From IMG/VR virus record IMGVR_UViG_3300034069_002176: a stretch of 64,000 bases of DNA. One strand, 5' to 3'. Source of the stretch: a virus. The notes below the pieces were generated by a model that was given only the letters and a program-made list of their open reading frames with translations, made no database searches and was not told the DNA's origin. Below are positions 8,919-17,985 of the stretch, in pieces (position 1 is the stretch's first letter; each line of letters opens with the position of its first letter). The position numbers were made by a program, and so were the translations under genes.

Positions 8919-9514
8919 ACCAGAGTATTAGTCCGATGTCCTTGATATTCGGAACCGTGTTCGCTAACAGGCGATTCCGCACGGCGCAAATCATCAACTT
9001 CTCGTCTGTAGCAGTTATCGTCCTTACGAATATGGTGAATAGCTTTCTTGGCAACCATACCGATCTCAGGCATCCTTATATTTACCTCATGCTGCTTGGA
9101 TGCATTGGTCTCATGGTTTCGTTCAGGGTGATGACTGTGCAGGGCGGTCTCATCAAGAACCCTGTTATCGGGCGTGAGATTCGGAAGCGCCCTGACGACA
9201 CCGATTATCTTCTGAAAGTACGCGAGCGGTGGAGTATGATGCACGCCGACGTGTATTTTCAACTGACTGATACCTATGGTATAGCAAATTCAGATGCCGT
9301 ACGTTGGGCGGGTTCTCTGGGTGAGGACGGAATCCAGTACAAGGACATGCTGCACATGGTTCCAGATTTCGTCGGACGGAGTATCAACCCGGAGCTATTC
9401 ATCAACCTGTGGAACAGTGGAATCACGGATTTACAGATGGTCGCGAACTTCGCAGAGAACGATATCGACTCAGTTGCAGCTAACGCTTTGATTGCAGGAT
9501 CCGAAACAGACTAG
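8915..9514 (+). CDS. Two-TM protein with shared C-terminal GI..NDID motif
   Basis: TM pair; RSINPELFINLWNSGITDLQMVANFAENDIDSVAANAL; ATGA overlap with the previous gene. Confidence 0.75.
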   Translation: MNQSISPMSLIFGTVFANRRFRTAQIINFSSVAVIVLTNMVNSFLGNHTDLRHPYIYLMLLGCIGLMVSFRVMTVQGGLIKNPVIGREIRKRPDDTDYLLKVRERWSMMHADVYFQLTDTYGIANSDAVRWAGSLGEDGIQYKDMLHMVPDFVGRSINPELFINLWNSGITDLQMVANFAENDIDSVAANALIAGSETD

Positions 9515-9546
9515 ATCTTTGAGCATTAGCACTATACAATGACGCC

Positions 9547-10866
9547 ATGCCTTCACACCGCCGTGTCGTTCCTTCTATCCGTCACGGAAAATTGAAGAAG
9601 CGACCACATCCCATCAAGACCATCTTCAAGACGCTCGGTATTGCCGTAGCGGTAGTCGCTGTATCCGCAGGTTCGGTAGGCGCTATCGAGGTCTACAATC
9701 TTCAGCACGAGTTGAAACAGAATGCTGTCACGTTGGATTCCAAACCGACTACACCACCTAAGCCTACTGCTTCTGCCGTACCCACTCAGAAAACTCCGCA
9801 GCTAGGCACCATCGAAGGCGGGGCGAATATCCTTCTTGTCGGTAGCGACTCTGGCGATGGAAACGCTGCTTACGGCACCCGTGGCGAGAATTTGAACGAT
9901 GTCACCATCCTCATTCACATCAACGCCGATCACGAGGGAATGTCCGTTATCTCGTTCCCGCGTGACACCTTCGTCAACATTCCACAGTGCACCAACGAGA
10001 AGACAGGCGCTGTCGTACCCGCAGCGTCGAACGTCAAAATTAACACCGCTTTGTCTCGTGGTGGTGTCAACTGTGTCGCTAAGACTGTAGAGAACCTGAC
10101 CGGGGCAAGCATTCCTTATGCCGCTTTGATTCAGTTCGATGGCGTCATCGCAATGTCGAACGCTGTTGGTGGGGTTCCCGTGTGCGTGAATGCTGATATC
10201 AATGACAGCTATACCGGTCTCCACCTCACTGCGGGCGAACACACCCTCCAGGGTGCTGACGCTCTCGCCTTCCTTCGTACCCGTCATGGTGTAGGAGATG
10301 GTAGTGACCTCGGTCGTATTAGTAACCAGCAAGTGTTCCTTTCGTCTCTCATCCGCGTCATCAAGAGCAATGACACCATCACTAGCCCCAGCAAGCTGTA
10401 TTCCATTGCAACGGTAGCTGCAAAGAATGTCGTACTCTCGACCAGTCTTACCGACATCACCACGATGATGGAAATGGCATTGACGGTGAAGGCTATTCCG
10501 CTTAGCGGGACTACGTTCATTCAGTACCCGACTGCATTGACCAGCGTCGGCACGTTGTCAGGAGTTGCTCCCATCAAGTCAGCAGGTGACGCGCTGATGA
10601 GCGCTGTTCTAGCTGATAAGCCTTTGGCATTGACTGGCGGCACTGCACCGGGTCAGTATGGTTCCATTGTCAAGGGAAGTGTCCCCGACGCCACACCTAC
10701 TCCTAGCCCCAGCGCTACGGGTACTCCCACCTCTGGTGCTACCACTAACTCTCCCACGCCGACCCCTACAGCCACGAAAACCCCAGAGCCTACCGTTTCC
10801 CTGCCTGCACAGGTTACCGGTCAAAAGGCTACTGAGGTTACGTGTTCTAACGCCAATCACTACTAG
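9547..10866 (+). CDS. LytR-CpsA-Psr (LCP) family cell-wall glycopolymer transferase
   Basis: N-terminal TM, NILLVGSDS, ISFPRDTFV, KINTA, AFLRTRH, DLGRISNQQ; Pro/Thr-rich tail. Confidence 0.92.
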   Translation: MPSHRRVVPSIRHGKLKKRPHPIKTIFKTLGIAVAVVAVSAGSVGAIEVYNLQHELKQNAVTLDSKPTTPPKPTASAVPTQKTPQLGTIEGGANILLVGSDSGDGNAAYGTRGENLNDVTILIHINADHEGMSVISFPRDTFVNIPQCTNEKTGAVVPAASNVKINTALSRGGVNCVAKTVENLTGASIPYAALIQFDGVIAMSNAVGGVPVCVNADINDSYTGLHLTAGEHTLQGADALAFLRTRHGVGDGSDLGRISNQQVFLSSLIRVIKSNDTITSPSKLYSIATVAAKNVVLSTSLTDITTMMEMALTVKAIPLSGTTFIQYPTALTSVGTLSGVAPIKSAGDALMSAVLADKPLALTGGTAPGQYGSIVKGSVPDATPTPSPSATGTPTSGATTNSPTPTPTATKTPEPTVSLPAQVTGQKATEVTCSNANHY

Positions 10867-11855
10867 CCGTGCTGAGCCGAAAGTTCTTCGATGTTGCCGG
10901 AAAATGAGCGCCATACTTCGAACCAATTAACGTTCAGTTCTGCGTGAGAATCGAAGAGGGCGTTTGACGTGGTGAACTCAATACGGTTGTCGGAGTCAGT
11001 CTCAGCACCCTCGTAGTTGTGATTGAAGAGAAGTTCGAGTGAATCAGGACTGTCGAAGTTTGCAACCCAACGGGGGTCGATTTCATCGAGGTCTGCCTGC
11101 ACCTTGTCACGGAATGCGTTGTATGTATCTTCATCAAGATTATCTACGATTGCTTCGACATTAAATTCATCATCGGTGAAGGAATACTGTACGTGAACGA
11201 CATCGGGGTTGTCAGCATCACGTGAGAATGAAACCTGATCTCGATCTCCCGCTGTCTCGTCAGGGTCGCTGAGTCCGGCAGCGAATGTATCGAAGGCTAC
11301 CAATGCACCAGGACCAAGGGTAATGTAGTAGTTTTTCTCACGGTCAGATACGGGTGTTTCAATGAGGTTGGCGTAGCCACTCGTCATCGTGAGTCCGTCT
11401 TCGTTACGTGCGGTCTGGAGGTAGAGACCGATGTTGCGTTCGAGTAAGGATGCTTCGTCACCGTTGAGTTCGATATCACCGGTACGTGAATCAGTGATGG
11501 TGAAGGTATTACCCTCGAACTTTGCCGAGGTGTTCTTGCTGATGGGAATGAAACGTGAGCGGTCGGCAGTAATTCCCTCCCATTGGAAAGAGTTGAGAGC
11601 GTCACGAAGAGCACCCAATTCGGGAACATCTAGGTATGCCATCTTGTCATCGGTACTCGTGATAGTAGCGAAGTCGCTGGAGAAGATGATGCCGGAGAAG
11701 TTCGAGTCGCTTCCTTCTTGGGCGATGGGAACAAACTGAGTCATGACGTTTCCGAGACGGTCGAATGACTTGTTTCCACCGGGAACATCAGGGTTCTTCC
11801 AGACGTGGGTGGGCTTGCCGTTCTTGTCTACGACTGACGTACGTATTTTGGACAT
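10863..11855 (-). CDS. DKNGK-leader protein, acidic body
   Basis: MSKIRTSVVDKNGKPTHVWKNPD; SD TAAGGAG. Confidence 0.85.
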   Translation of the reverse strand: MSKIRTSVVDKNGKPTHVWKNPDVPGGNKSFDRLGNVMTQFVPIAQEGSDSNFSGIIFSSDFATITSTDDKMAYLDVPELGALRDALNSFQWEGITADRSRFIPISKNTSAKFEGNTFTITDSRTGDIELNGDEASLLERNIGLYLQTARNEDGLTMTSGYANLIETPVSDREKNYYITLGPGALVAFDTFAAGLSDPDETAGDRDQVSFSRDADNPDVVHVQYSFTDDEFNVEAIVDNLDEDTYNAFRDKVQADLDEIDPRWVANFDSPDSLELLFNHNYEGAETDSDNRIEFTTSNALFDSHAELNVNWFEVWRSFSGNIEELSAQHG

Positions 11856-11878
11856 ACTAACTCCTTAGGTCTGTTCCA

Positions 11879-11899
11879 ATTGTAGGGGCTGCTACCGAC
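11879..11899 (-). promoter_or_regulatory. Class II promoter GTC-N12-TACAAT
   Basis: Minus strand GTCggtagcagccccTACAAT upstream of 11855. Confidence 0.7.
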
Positions 11900-11915
11900 G
11901 CTAGCCGAGGTCTTA

Positions 11916-12476
11916 CTACTGACGGGGCTGGTACGCATCTCCGTGAATCACGAATACTTCATCGTTCGCCATCTCTTCTTCAAGTGTGTTACCGAAACCC
12001 TGCACACGGGAGATAGCGACATCTTCGACCGCCTGCGCATCCCCTTCAGACATTGACTCGTCGGTTTCGCCTTCAAGTGGCTCTTCGGTGTCTTCGGTTA
12101 CGGCGGGGAATGGAAGATCTACGTCGTAATCCTGTACCGACTCGATAGCTACTTCTTCGTCAAACGAAGACTCTTCGGGCGGGGCGGTCGCGGCTTCAAT
12201 CAAGTCATCCGTCACTTCTTCGTCGCCAGTCTCGATGAATTTGGCGGTATTCAGGTCGTTAGTGTGAGCGTCAACGGCGGCGATGGCATCTGCCACCCAG
12301 TCATCCGTATTCACTCCTATATCGGTCTCGACATACTCACCGATTCCTTCAAGGCTGATGATGTAGGTGTCAGCACTTTTGTCGAGAGTGTTCTGCCAAA
12401 AAGACTTCTTTGCGGTGAAAACGCCACCCTGGTGTTCAAACTCGAATTGGTTTGGGAGGTGGGTAAAGATTGACAT
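11916..12476 (-). CDS. Highly acidic hypothetical protein
   Basis: 186 aa with an E/D-rich C-terminal half; SD AGGAG. Confidence 0.75.
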   Translation of the reverse strand: MSIFTHLPNQFEFEHQGGVFTAKKSFWQNTLDKSADTYIISLEGIGEYVETDIGVNTDDWVADAIAAVDAHTNDLNTAKFIETGDEEVTDDLIEAATAPPEESSFDEEVAIESVQDYDVDLPFPAVTEDTEEPLEGETDESMSEGDAQAVEDVAISRVQGFGNTLEEEMANDEVFVIHGDAYQPRQ

Positions 12477-12555
12477 GTCGCTCCTAGGTCATCGTTTAGG
12501 TAGTCTACGCCCCAGGCTAGCTATCTAGGCACATTTGGGGTAAGATGGCGTTATC

Positions 12556-13071
12556 GTGATTAACCAACAGCAGACAGATTTCAGCCGTGGCATCGACAGC
12601 CAGATGCGAACGATTCATTTTTCAAACACCGAACTGGCTCGCCTTCTCAGTGAGAAGACCGCTAGCGATATCAACCTCACCGACATCGCTGATTACCGTC
12701 ATGGTTTCAGGTTGGTACCCTCAGCACACAAGACTCTCATCGCTAAGTTTCTCGACCGGAGTGTGGACTACCTCGAACACCTTGGTCGTTTTGTCGAGAA
12801 GTTCAATACCGGGGACCGGTCGAGCGTGCTTCTAGCCACCGGTGTCCTTTTCTCCCGCGCCAGTCGAGGTATGAGTACGATTCAGCTATCAATCGATATT
12901 GCCGAGCGTGGTGGAGTGAGCATCGCGACGGCTCGGGGAATCGTTAAGAAGTTGGAGAACGCAGACTATCTTGATGAGCTTTCCAAGACACGTGCCGCTA
13001 AGGCTTTCGGTGTTCCTGCTGTGAATCTAGAACTCATCGGTGAACGCGTCATCATTCCTCCCCGCGACTAG
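12556..13071 (+). CDS. Putative DNA-binding protein with two XRE-like HTH modules
   Basis: SNTELARLL..LTDIADYRHGFRLVP..LIAKFLDRSVDYL and STIQLSIDIAERGGVSIATARGIVKKLEN..RAAKAFGVPAVNL. Confidence 0.55.
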   Translation: MINQQQTDFSRGIDSQMRTIHFSNTELARLLSEKTASDINLTDIADYRHGFRLVPSAHKTLIAKFLDRSVDYLEHLGRFVEKFNTGDRSSVLLATGVLFSRASRGMSTIQLSIDIAERGGVSIATARGIVKKLENADYLDELSKTRAAKAFGVPAVNLELIGERVIIPPRD

Positions 13072-14180
13072 CGAGAGAAACGTTTCGGGTCGGAAAACTC
13101 GAATGATGTTGCGATGATGCCATCAATCATGTGAATTGCTGCGTCTAGGCGTTCCTCTTTGGTGCCGCGCAACCTCATCCATGATTCATTGCGAATGGAT
13201 AAGGCATCCTCGAAATCGGTCGTCATGTCCTCACGGATATCTTCGCCGTCCCTAATGCCATTCTGCTCGAATTCGACACCACGGTGGTCTGTAAGGATGT
13301 AGAGCGCTCGTCGAGGAAGGTTATTCCCGTAGTCACGTTCCAATGCTTCCGCAACGGTCATACCAGGCGTGTAGCGCTTCTCCCAGATGGTTGTGGCGAG
13401 TGCATCGGTATCCCCGATAAAGAGCGGGAAACGGTCATCCTGAGCCAGTACGGCATCATTCTCCATCACGGTCTGCTTGCGGGCAATAATCTCGAAGTCT
13501 TCAGCAGTCCAAGTAACATCGAACATGTCGAAAGACGGATCGTGTAATTTTCCCTCCGCAAGAAGCTCGTACGTGTATGCCGCTCCGTATTCTGGCACCC
13601 AGCGGGCATTGTAGTGCTCACTGAGTGCAGACGAAAGCGTAGTCGTGCCGGTTGATTCTGAGCCGAGCACTATCACTCTAGGCATGAGTTCTAGGCGTGC
13701 CGAAGGAATCAAGAAGTTCCAATTTGCCACTGCATCGTTTCGGAATGCTGTCCCGGAAATTGGAACGGTCACCCTTTCCGTGTCAACGATATGGGCAGAT
13801 ATGCCTCCGAAGTATTCATCCGCCATCACCTGTGCATATGGCTCGCTTGCGACAACTACATCGAAGTCGCCATGAGTGTTCCGGTTGCGAAGATGCGCTT
13901 GCAAATGAGCCATATGCGCATCCCAGATGATGTCGCTGTTGTAGTCCTCATAGATGTCTGATTCGACGGGAAGTAGTGCGATGTTGGTCACCACTTCTCC
14001 AAGATCTTTGCGAAGCCAATTCACTCGCTTCTCCGCTGAGATGCTGTAGTGCCGACTTCCGTAGACAACTACCGTGACGAAATCCGCGACCTTTTCCGCT
14101 TCTTGGATGAGATGAAGATGTCCTAGGTGTGGTGGGTAGAACTTGCCGATGACTACTGCGTGGCGGTATTGCTTGGTCAT
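13068..14180 (-). CDS. nadR: NadR-type NMN adenylyltransferase / ribosylnicotinamide kinase
   Basis: GKFYPPHLGH (HxGH) N-terminal domain; GSESTGTTT P-loop, PEYG, DTDAL C-terminal domain; adjacent to pnuC. Confidence 0.9.
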   Translation of the reverse strand: MTKQYRHAVVIGKFYPPHLGHLHLIQEAEKVADFVTVVVYGSRHYSISAEKRVNWLRKDLGEVVTNIALLPVESDIYEDYNSDIIWDAHMAHLQAHLRNRNTHGDFDVVVASEPYAQVMADEYFGGISAHIVDTERVTVPISGTAFRNDAVANWNFLIPSARLELMPRVIVLGSESTGTTTLSSALSEHYNARWVPEYGAAYTYELLAEGKLHDPSFDMFDVTWTAEDFEIIARKQTVMENDAVLAQDDRFPLFIGDTDALATTIWEKRYTPGMTVAEALERDYGNNLPRRALYILTDHRGVEFEQNGIRDGEDIREDMTTDFEDALSIRNESWMRLRGTKEERLDAAIHMIDGIIATSFEFSDPKRFSR

Positions 14181-14854
14181 GCGATAACCTCGTTTTCTTT
14201 AGCTGTATCCGTTGGTGCCATTGACAGAAGCACGTCGTCTTCCTTTTTCTCCTTGCGCCATTTGACAACTCCGATGATGCAAAGTGTGAGAAATACTCCG
14301 TAGAGAAGTGCGGTAAGTGTGAGTCCTTTGTAGAAGTAGAGAGGGATGGAGATGACATCGACAACAATCCAGACATACCAACTTTCGATGATCTTCTTGG
14401 TCTGACCGTAGGTGGCGAGCATCGACAATGTAAGGATGCTTGCGTCGAACCAGTAGACGTTGCTTTTGGTTTCAGCGTGTAGGAGGTGCGCTACGACGAC
14501 CGTGGCGATAATGGTCAATGCACCTGAGATGACAATTTCTCGAACGTAGGTGTTCCTCACTTTCAGGGTGTTCTTTCCTTGTTTACCACCGAAGGTCCAC
14601 ACGTAGATTCCGTAGAAACTCATCACCAGGAAAACGACTTGAAGGAGTGTATCTGCGTAGAGACCAACCCCAAAGAAGAGGAAGACGAACGCTGCTGCGT
14701 TAGCCGCTCCAACGTACCAGTTCCACTTGTACTGCTTCGCGACAGCCCACACAGTCAGACCGCCCGTGATGAAACCGAATAGCTCCAAGAGGGTTACAGG
14801 TGCGCCGAATGCCGTAAAGGCGACGATGTTGAAGACGTGCAATAGTTCGTTCAT
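14177..14854 (-). CDS. pnuC: Nicotinamide riboside transporter PnuC
   Basis: LELFGFITG, WNWYVG, LYADTLLQ, WFDA, KIIESWYVWIVVDVISIPLY. Confidence 0.93.
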   Translation of the reverse strand: MNELLHVFNIVAFTAFGAPVTLLELFGFITGGLTVWAVAKQYKWNWYVGAANAAAFVFLFFGVGLYADTLLQVVFLVMSFYGIYVWTFGGKQGKNTLKVRNTYVREIVISGALTIIATVVVAHLLHAETKSNVYWFDASILTLSMLATYGQTKKIIESWYVWIVVDVISIPLYFYKGLTLTALLYGVFLTLCIIGVVKWRKEKKEDDVLLSMAPTDTAKENEVIA

Positions 14855-14873
14855 GTGCTTAGGATAACACCGC

Positions 14874-14894
14874 TTTTAGTCACTTTGACTAAAA
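14874..14894. promoter_or_regulatory. 21-bp palindrome, NrtR-type operator (GT-N7-AC core), over the pnuC-nadR promoter
   Basis: TTTTAGTCA-CTT-TGACTAAAA; the minus-strand -10 TATCCT lies at 14861-66, 6 nt before ATG 14854. Confidence 0.6.
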
Positions 14895-14913
14895 CTAATA
14901 AAGTCGTTCGAAA

Positions 14914-15915
14914 TCATTCAGAATGAGCGCTGCGGAGATGCTTGGCAACAATGCCATCCATGATGTCAAGTGCATCTTCCATGTCGATATCGCGCTTGGG
15001 ATCGGAAAGTTCCCTGCCATCCTTATCCCACGTCTGACCGGGCTTCCATGTGGTGATGTCGGCACCGGAATCGTTATGAACGTCAGCGGTTGCTTCGTGC
15101 AACAGCTTGATAGTCGGAACGTCTAATGCGGCACCGAGCTTCAAGGTCATGGCGGCGGTCTTCTTCTTGTCAGCAAGGCGACCACGGCTGTATCCGTCGC
15201 TTGACGCTTCGATGAGAGCGATGGGCTGATTGCAGAGGTCGCACGTAACGCATGCGTCTACATCGAGGTGGCGTACTCCGGGAATGAGTCGAAGAATGCC
15301 CGAAAGGGTTAAGTCCACGCCAGGCTTCTCGTGTACCTCGGGATCGTCGCTGATATGGGTATCTCCGTTGCCATCCAGCCAATCGAATTGACCCTCAGGA
15401 ACATCGATGAAACAGTTATGCTTGGACTCGTGCTCAATCTGTGTATCGAGAAGGGCGGTGAGCAGGTCACGTCGCCATTTGGCAAGTGCATGGTAGGTAT
15501 GCTCTCCGTTAGGCTGCCATACCTCCAACTCGATGGTGTGGTCATAGTTGTAATCGAACGGGTGGTGATAGACGAAGAAGACGGGAACCTTCATCTTGAC
15601 TCCGATTGCCTTCACGCGCTCGGCGGCAACAAGGTCGAAGCTTCCGGCTGAGAACGGGACAACGATTGCAGTGACTGTACGGCACGAGTATTCTTCGTCT
15701 GCCTTAGTGCGCTCGCCCTTAGGTACGACACACTGACCCTTACGGTTCTCATGCCCGCAGAATTGGTAGATGAATGGCGTGTTGGAGATGCCCTTGACGT
15801 TCTTGTAGATGAACTCCGTGTGCGCTTCGTTGCGGTTTCTGGTGCGCTCGGAGTTACGCAGCGACACGCCCCAACACACAGGAATGTCGTAAGGAAGGGG
15901 AAGCGTAGAAGTCAT
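14914..15915 (-). CDS. Hypothetical protein with an internally duplicated domain, possible PD-(D/E)XK-like fold with Cys motifs
   Basis: DVDACVTCDLCNQPIALIEAS; the halves share AAERVKAIGVKMKVPVFFVYH vs AAMTLKLGAALDVPTIKLLH; leaderless promoter TTGAGA-N17-TACAAT. Confidence 0.6.
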   Translation of the reverse strand: MTSTLPLPYDIPVCWGVSLRNSERTRNRNEAHTEFIYKNVKGISNTPFIYQFCGHENRKGQCVVPKGERTKADEEYSCRTVTAIVVPFSAGSFDLVAAERVKAIGVKMKVPVFFVYHHPFDYNYDHTIELEVWQPNGEHTYHALAKWRRDLLTALLDTQIEHESKHNCFIDVPEGQFDWLDGNGDTHISDDPEVHEKPGVDLTLSGILRLIPGVRHLDVDACVTCDLCNQPIALIEASSDGYSRGRLADKKKTAAMTLKLGAALDVPTIKLLHEATADVHNDSGADITTWKPGQTWDKDGRELSDPKRDIDMEDALDIMDGIVAKHLRSAHSE

Positions 15916-15971
15916 GTGCGGATTGTATCGCGGAAGTAAACAAATCTCAACTCGACACTGCTGTCGGCGGC

Positions 15972-17933
15972 GTGTGCAAGAATGTACCTAACACCGACAG
16001 AAGGCGAAAATCCTTGGTTCAGAAATACGGTCAGAAGCGTTCACAGTCCCAGACACACGCTAAGGCGGTGAACACTGAGCACAAGCGCGAGCCGATGCTA
16101 GCCAAGAAGGTCAAAGCCGATACGGCACTTCGTAAGCAGAATACGCACGCAGCATTGAAGCCAATCGCAGATAATGTCGAGGTCTTCGTCCGAGATAGAA
16201 AGCATCCCGTCGAGTGCGTCAAGTTGTTCATTGGAGCAACGAACTCTGGTAAGACATACAACGGTCTTCAGCGCTTGTTCAGCGACTTCGAACAGAACCG
16301 TGAAGATATTCACGTCTATGCCGCTCCACTTCGTCTACTGGCTTACGAGGTCTACAAGAAGATGTGCGACCGTTTCGGTGAAGAGTACGTCGGATTCATT
16401 ACGGGTGAGGAAGCCATCAACCCCGATGCCAAGTTGCTTGCCACCACGATGGAGATGGCACCTGATGAGGGCGCATCCATTCTTATCGACGAGGCGCACT
16501 GGCTCACCGATCCTCACCGTGGTCACATTTGGAGCCGCATTCTTATCGGTGGCAAGTATGTCAACATGTATGTCGCTACTGCCGCTGAGGCTGTTCCACT
16601 CATCAAGATTCTTGTCGAGGATGCGTGGGTTATCGAACAGGAGACTTTCGAGCGCAAGACGCCTCTCCGCTGGGGTGGACAGATGCCTCTCCACAAGGTA
16701 CCGCCTCGTAGCGCTGTCGTATGTTTCTCTCGTCGCGGCGTTTACGCCATCGCCAATGAGGTCCGCAAGGGTGGATTGACGGTTGGTGTTCTTTATGGTG
16801 CACTTCCCCTATCTGCTCGCAAGCAGCAGCTTGATGCATACGAGCGCGGTGAGATTGATGTCATGGTCACCACTGATGTTATCGGTCACGGAATCAATCT
16901 CCCTATCGACAACGTCATCTTCGCAGAGACCAACAAGTTCGACGGTTTCGAGCGTCGCCCACTGCATATCTGGGAAGCGGCGCAGATTGCCGGTCGTGCC
17001 GGTCGTTTCGGTCTTTCTAGTGAAGGCAAGGTCTATGCCGCTAGCGGCGTTACGTGGCTCACTCCTGACTACGGCGTAGTTCGTAATGGCATCAAGGCGG
17101 CAGCCGGTCAGCGTCCCACCGACCTCGTTCTGGAAACTGCCAACTTGTTCCCTCGCTTCGGTGATCTTGGTCTCGACCCTGAGGGCGGTACTGACGAGGC
17201 TGTGCGTTTGACGTACGCTATCGAGGTATGGCGTCGTCGTGTTATCCAGCGTGTCAAGGGTCGTAACCTTTCGGCATCAGCGATGACAACAGCGATTGCG
17301 AACCTCAAGGCAGTGCTTGGTTTCCTCGGTGCTCCCGATAAGCTCTGGACCGAAGAATTCAACTTGGTGTCCAAGCGTCAACTCAAGGGAAACATGAATG
17401 TCAATGTCCTTGATGTCTGGCGTTTGATGACTGGTGCATTCGATGCCCGCAACGGTGTCGTGGAGCCCTCGCTACATTGGCTAGCACTGAGCGAAGAAGA
17501 CCGACTTACGTCCGACAGAATGCTCGCCACTTTCGCTGAGTTGGTCGAGAAGCCCACCTCGACAGAGGGTGTGTCGTTGGTCGAGTTGGAAGGTGCCAGC
17601 GCCAAGCTTGGAGAATTCAAGATGTTCTCGGTCATCTTCGACAATCTGGGTCTGCTTTCTAAGGAACAGATTGCAGCGACTGAGATTGCTCTCAACGCCG
17701 CTATCGAAAAGCAGCTTACGAGCGGAGCGACCGAAGTTTCTGAGCACCCTTGCAAGGAATGCGGTCGGGCGGCACCTTTGCAGTTCGATATCTGCAACAA
17801 GTGCCACCGTTTGCGTCACCAGCCACCACAGCAGGGTCGTAGCGGTCAGGGTCGTGGTCAGAAGCAAAAGCCTCAGGGTTCTCGCCGTACCGGCAAGAAG
17901 ATTCCTTTCGGAGTTCAAGCCGCACTGTACTGA
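15972..17933 (+). CDS. SUV3-like SF2 helicase with C-terminal Zn ribbon
   Basis: GATNSGKT, APLRLLAYE, ITGEE, IDEAH, VVCFSR, LYGALP, TTDVIGHGINLPI, QIAGRAGRFG; CKEC..CNKC; start could be ATG 16095. Confidence 0.85.
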   Translation: MCKNVPNTDRRRKSLVQKYGQKRSQSQTHAKAVNTEHKREPMLAKKVKADTALRKQNTHAALKPIADNVEVFVRDRKHPVECVKLFIGATNSGKTYNGLQRLFSDFEQNREDIHVYAAPLRLLAYEVYKKMCDRFGEEYVGFITGEEAINPDAKLLATTMEMAPDEGASILIDEAHWLTDPHRGHIWSRILIGGKYVNMYVATAAEAVPLIKILVEDAWVIEQETFERKTPLRWGGQMPLHKVPPRSAVVCFSRRGVYAIANEVRKGGLTVGVLYGALPLSARKQQLDAYERGEIDVMVTTDVIGHGINLPIDNVIFAETNKFDGFERRPLHIWEAAQIAGRAGRFGLSSEGKVYAASGVTWLTPDYGVVRNGIKAAAGQRPTDLVLETANLFPRFGDLGLDPEGGTDEAVRLTYAIEVWRRRVIQRVKGRNLSASAMTTAIANLKAVLGFLGAPDKLWTEEFNLVSKRQLKGNMNVNVLDVWRLMTGAFDARNGVVEPSLHWLALSEEDRLTSDRMLATFAELVEKPTSTEGVSLVELEGASAKLGEFKMFSVIFDNLGLLSKEQIAATEIALNAAIEKQLTSGATEVSEHPCKECGRAAPLQFDICNKCHRLRHQPPQQGRSGQGRGQKQKPQGSRRTGKKIPFGVQAALY

Positions 17934-17939
17934 TTCAAT

Positions 17940-17960
17940 GTCGCAAGCCCTCTCTATACT
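17940..17960 (+). promoter_or_regulatory. Class II promoter GTC-N12-TATACT embedded in a hairpin that also covers the SD
   Basis: GTC 17940-42, TATACT 17955-60; stem AAGCCCTCTC 17945-54 / GAGAGGGCTT 17972-81. Confidence 0.7.
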
Positions 17961-17985
17961 GAATGCAGATGGAGAGGGCTTTCGC

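Noticed and set aside
13620-13660. NadR P-loop GSESTGTTT lacking the Walker A lysine, suggesting a dead kinase
   Set aside because: From memory, this variant occurs in actinobacterial NadR-like proteins, so it is not evidence of inactivation; it needs an alignment to confirm.
17569-17985. ORF-track N-terminal extensions (17569, 1721, 39468, 42330, 47124, 49608, 31095, 42442, 57913)
   Set aside because: They overlap neighbouring genes or promoters; downstream ATGs with an SD or promoter, and often the conserved leader, are better starts.
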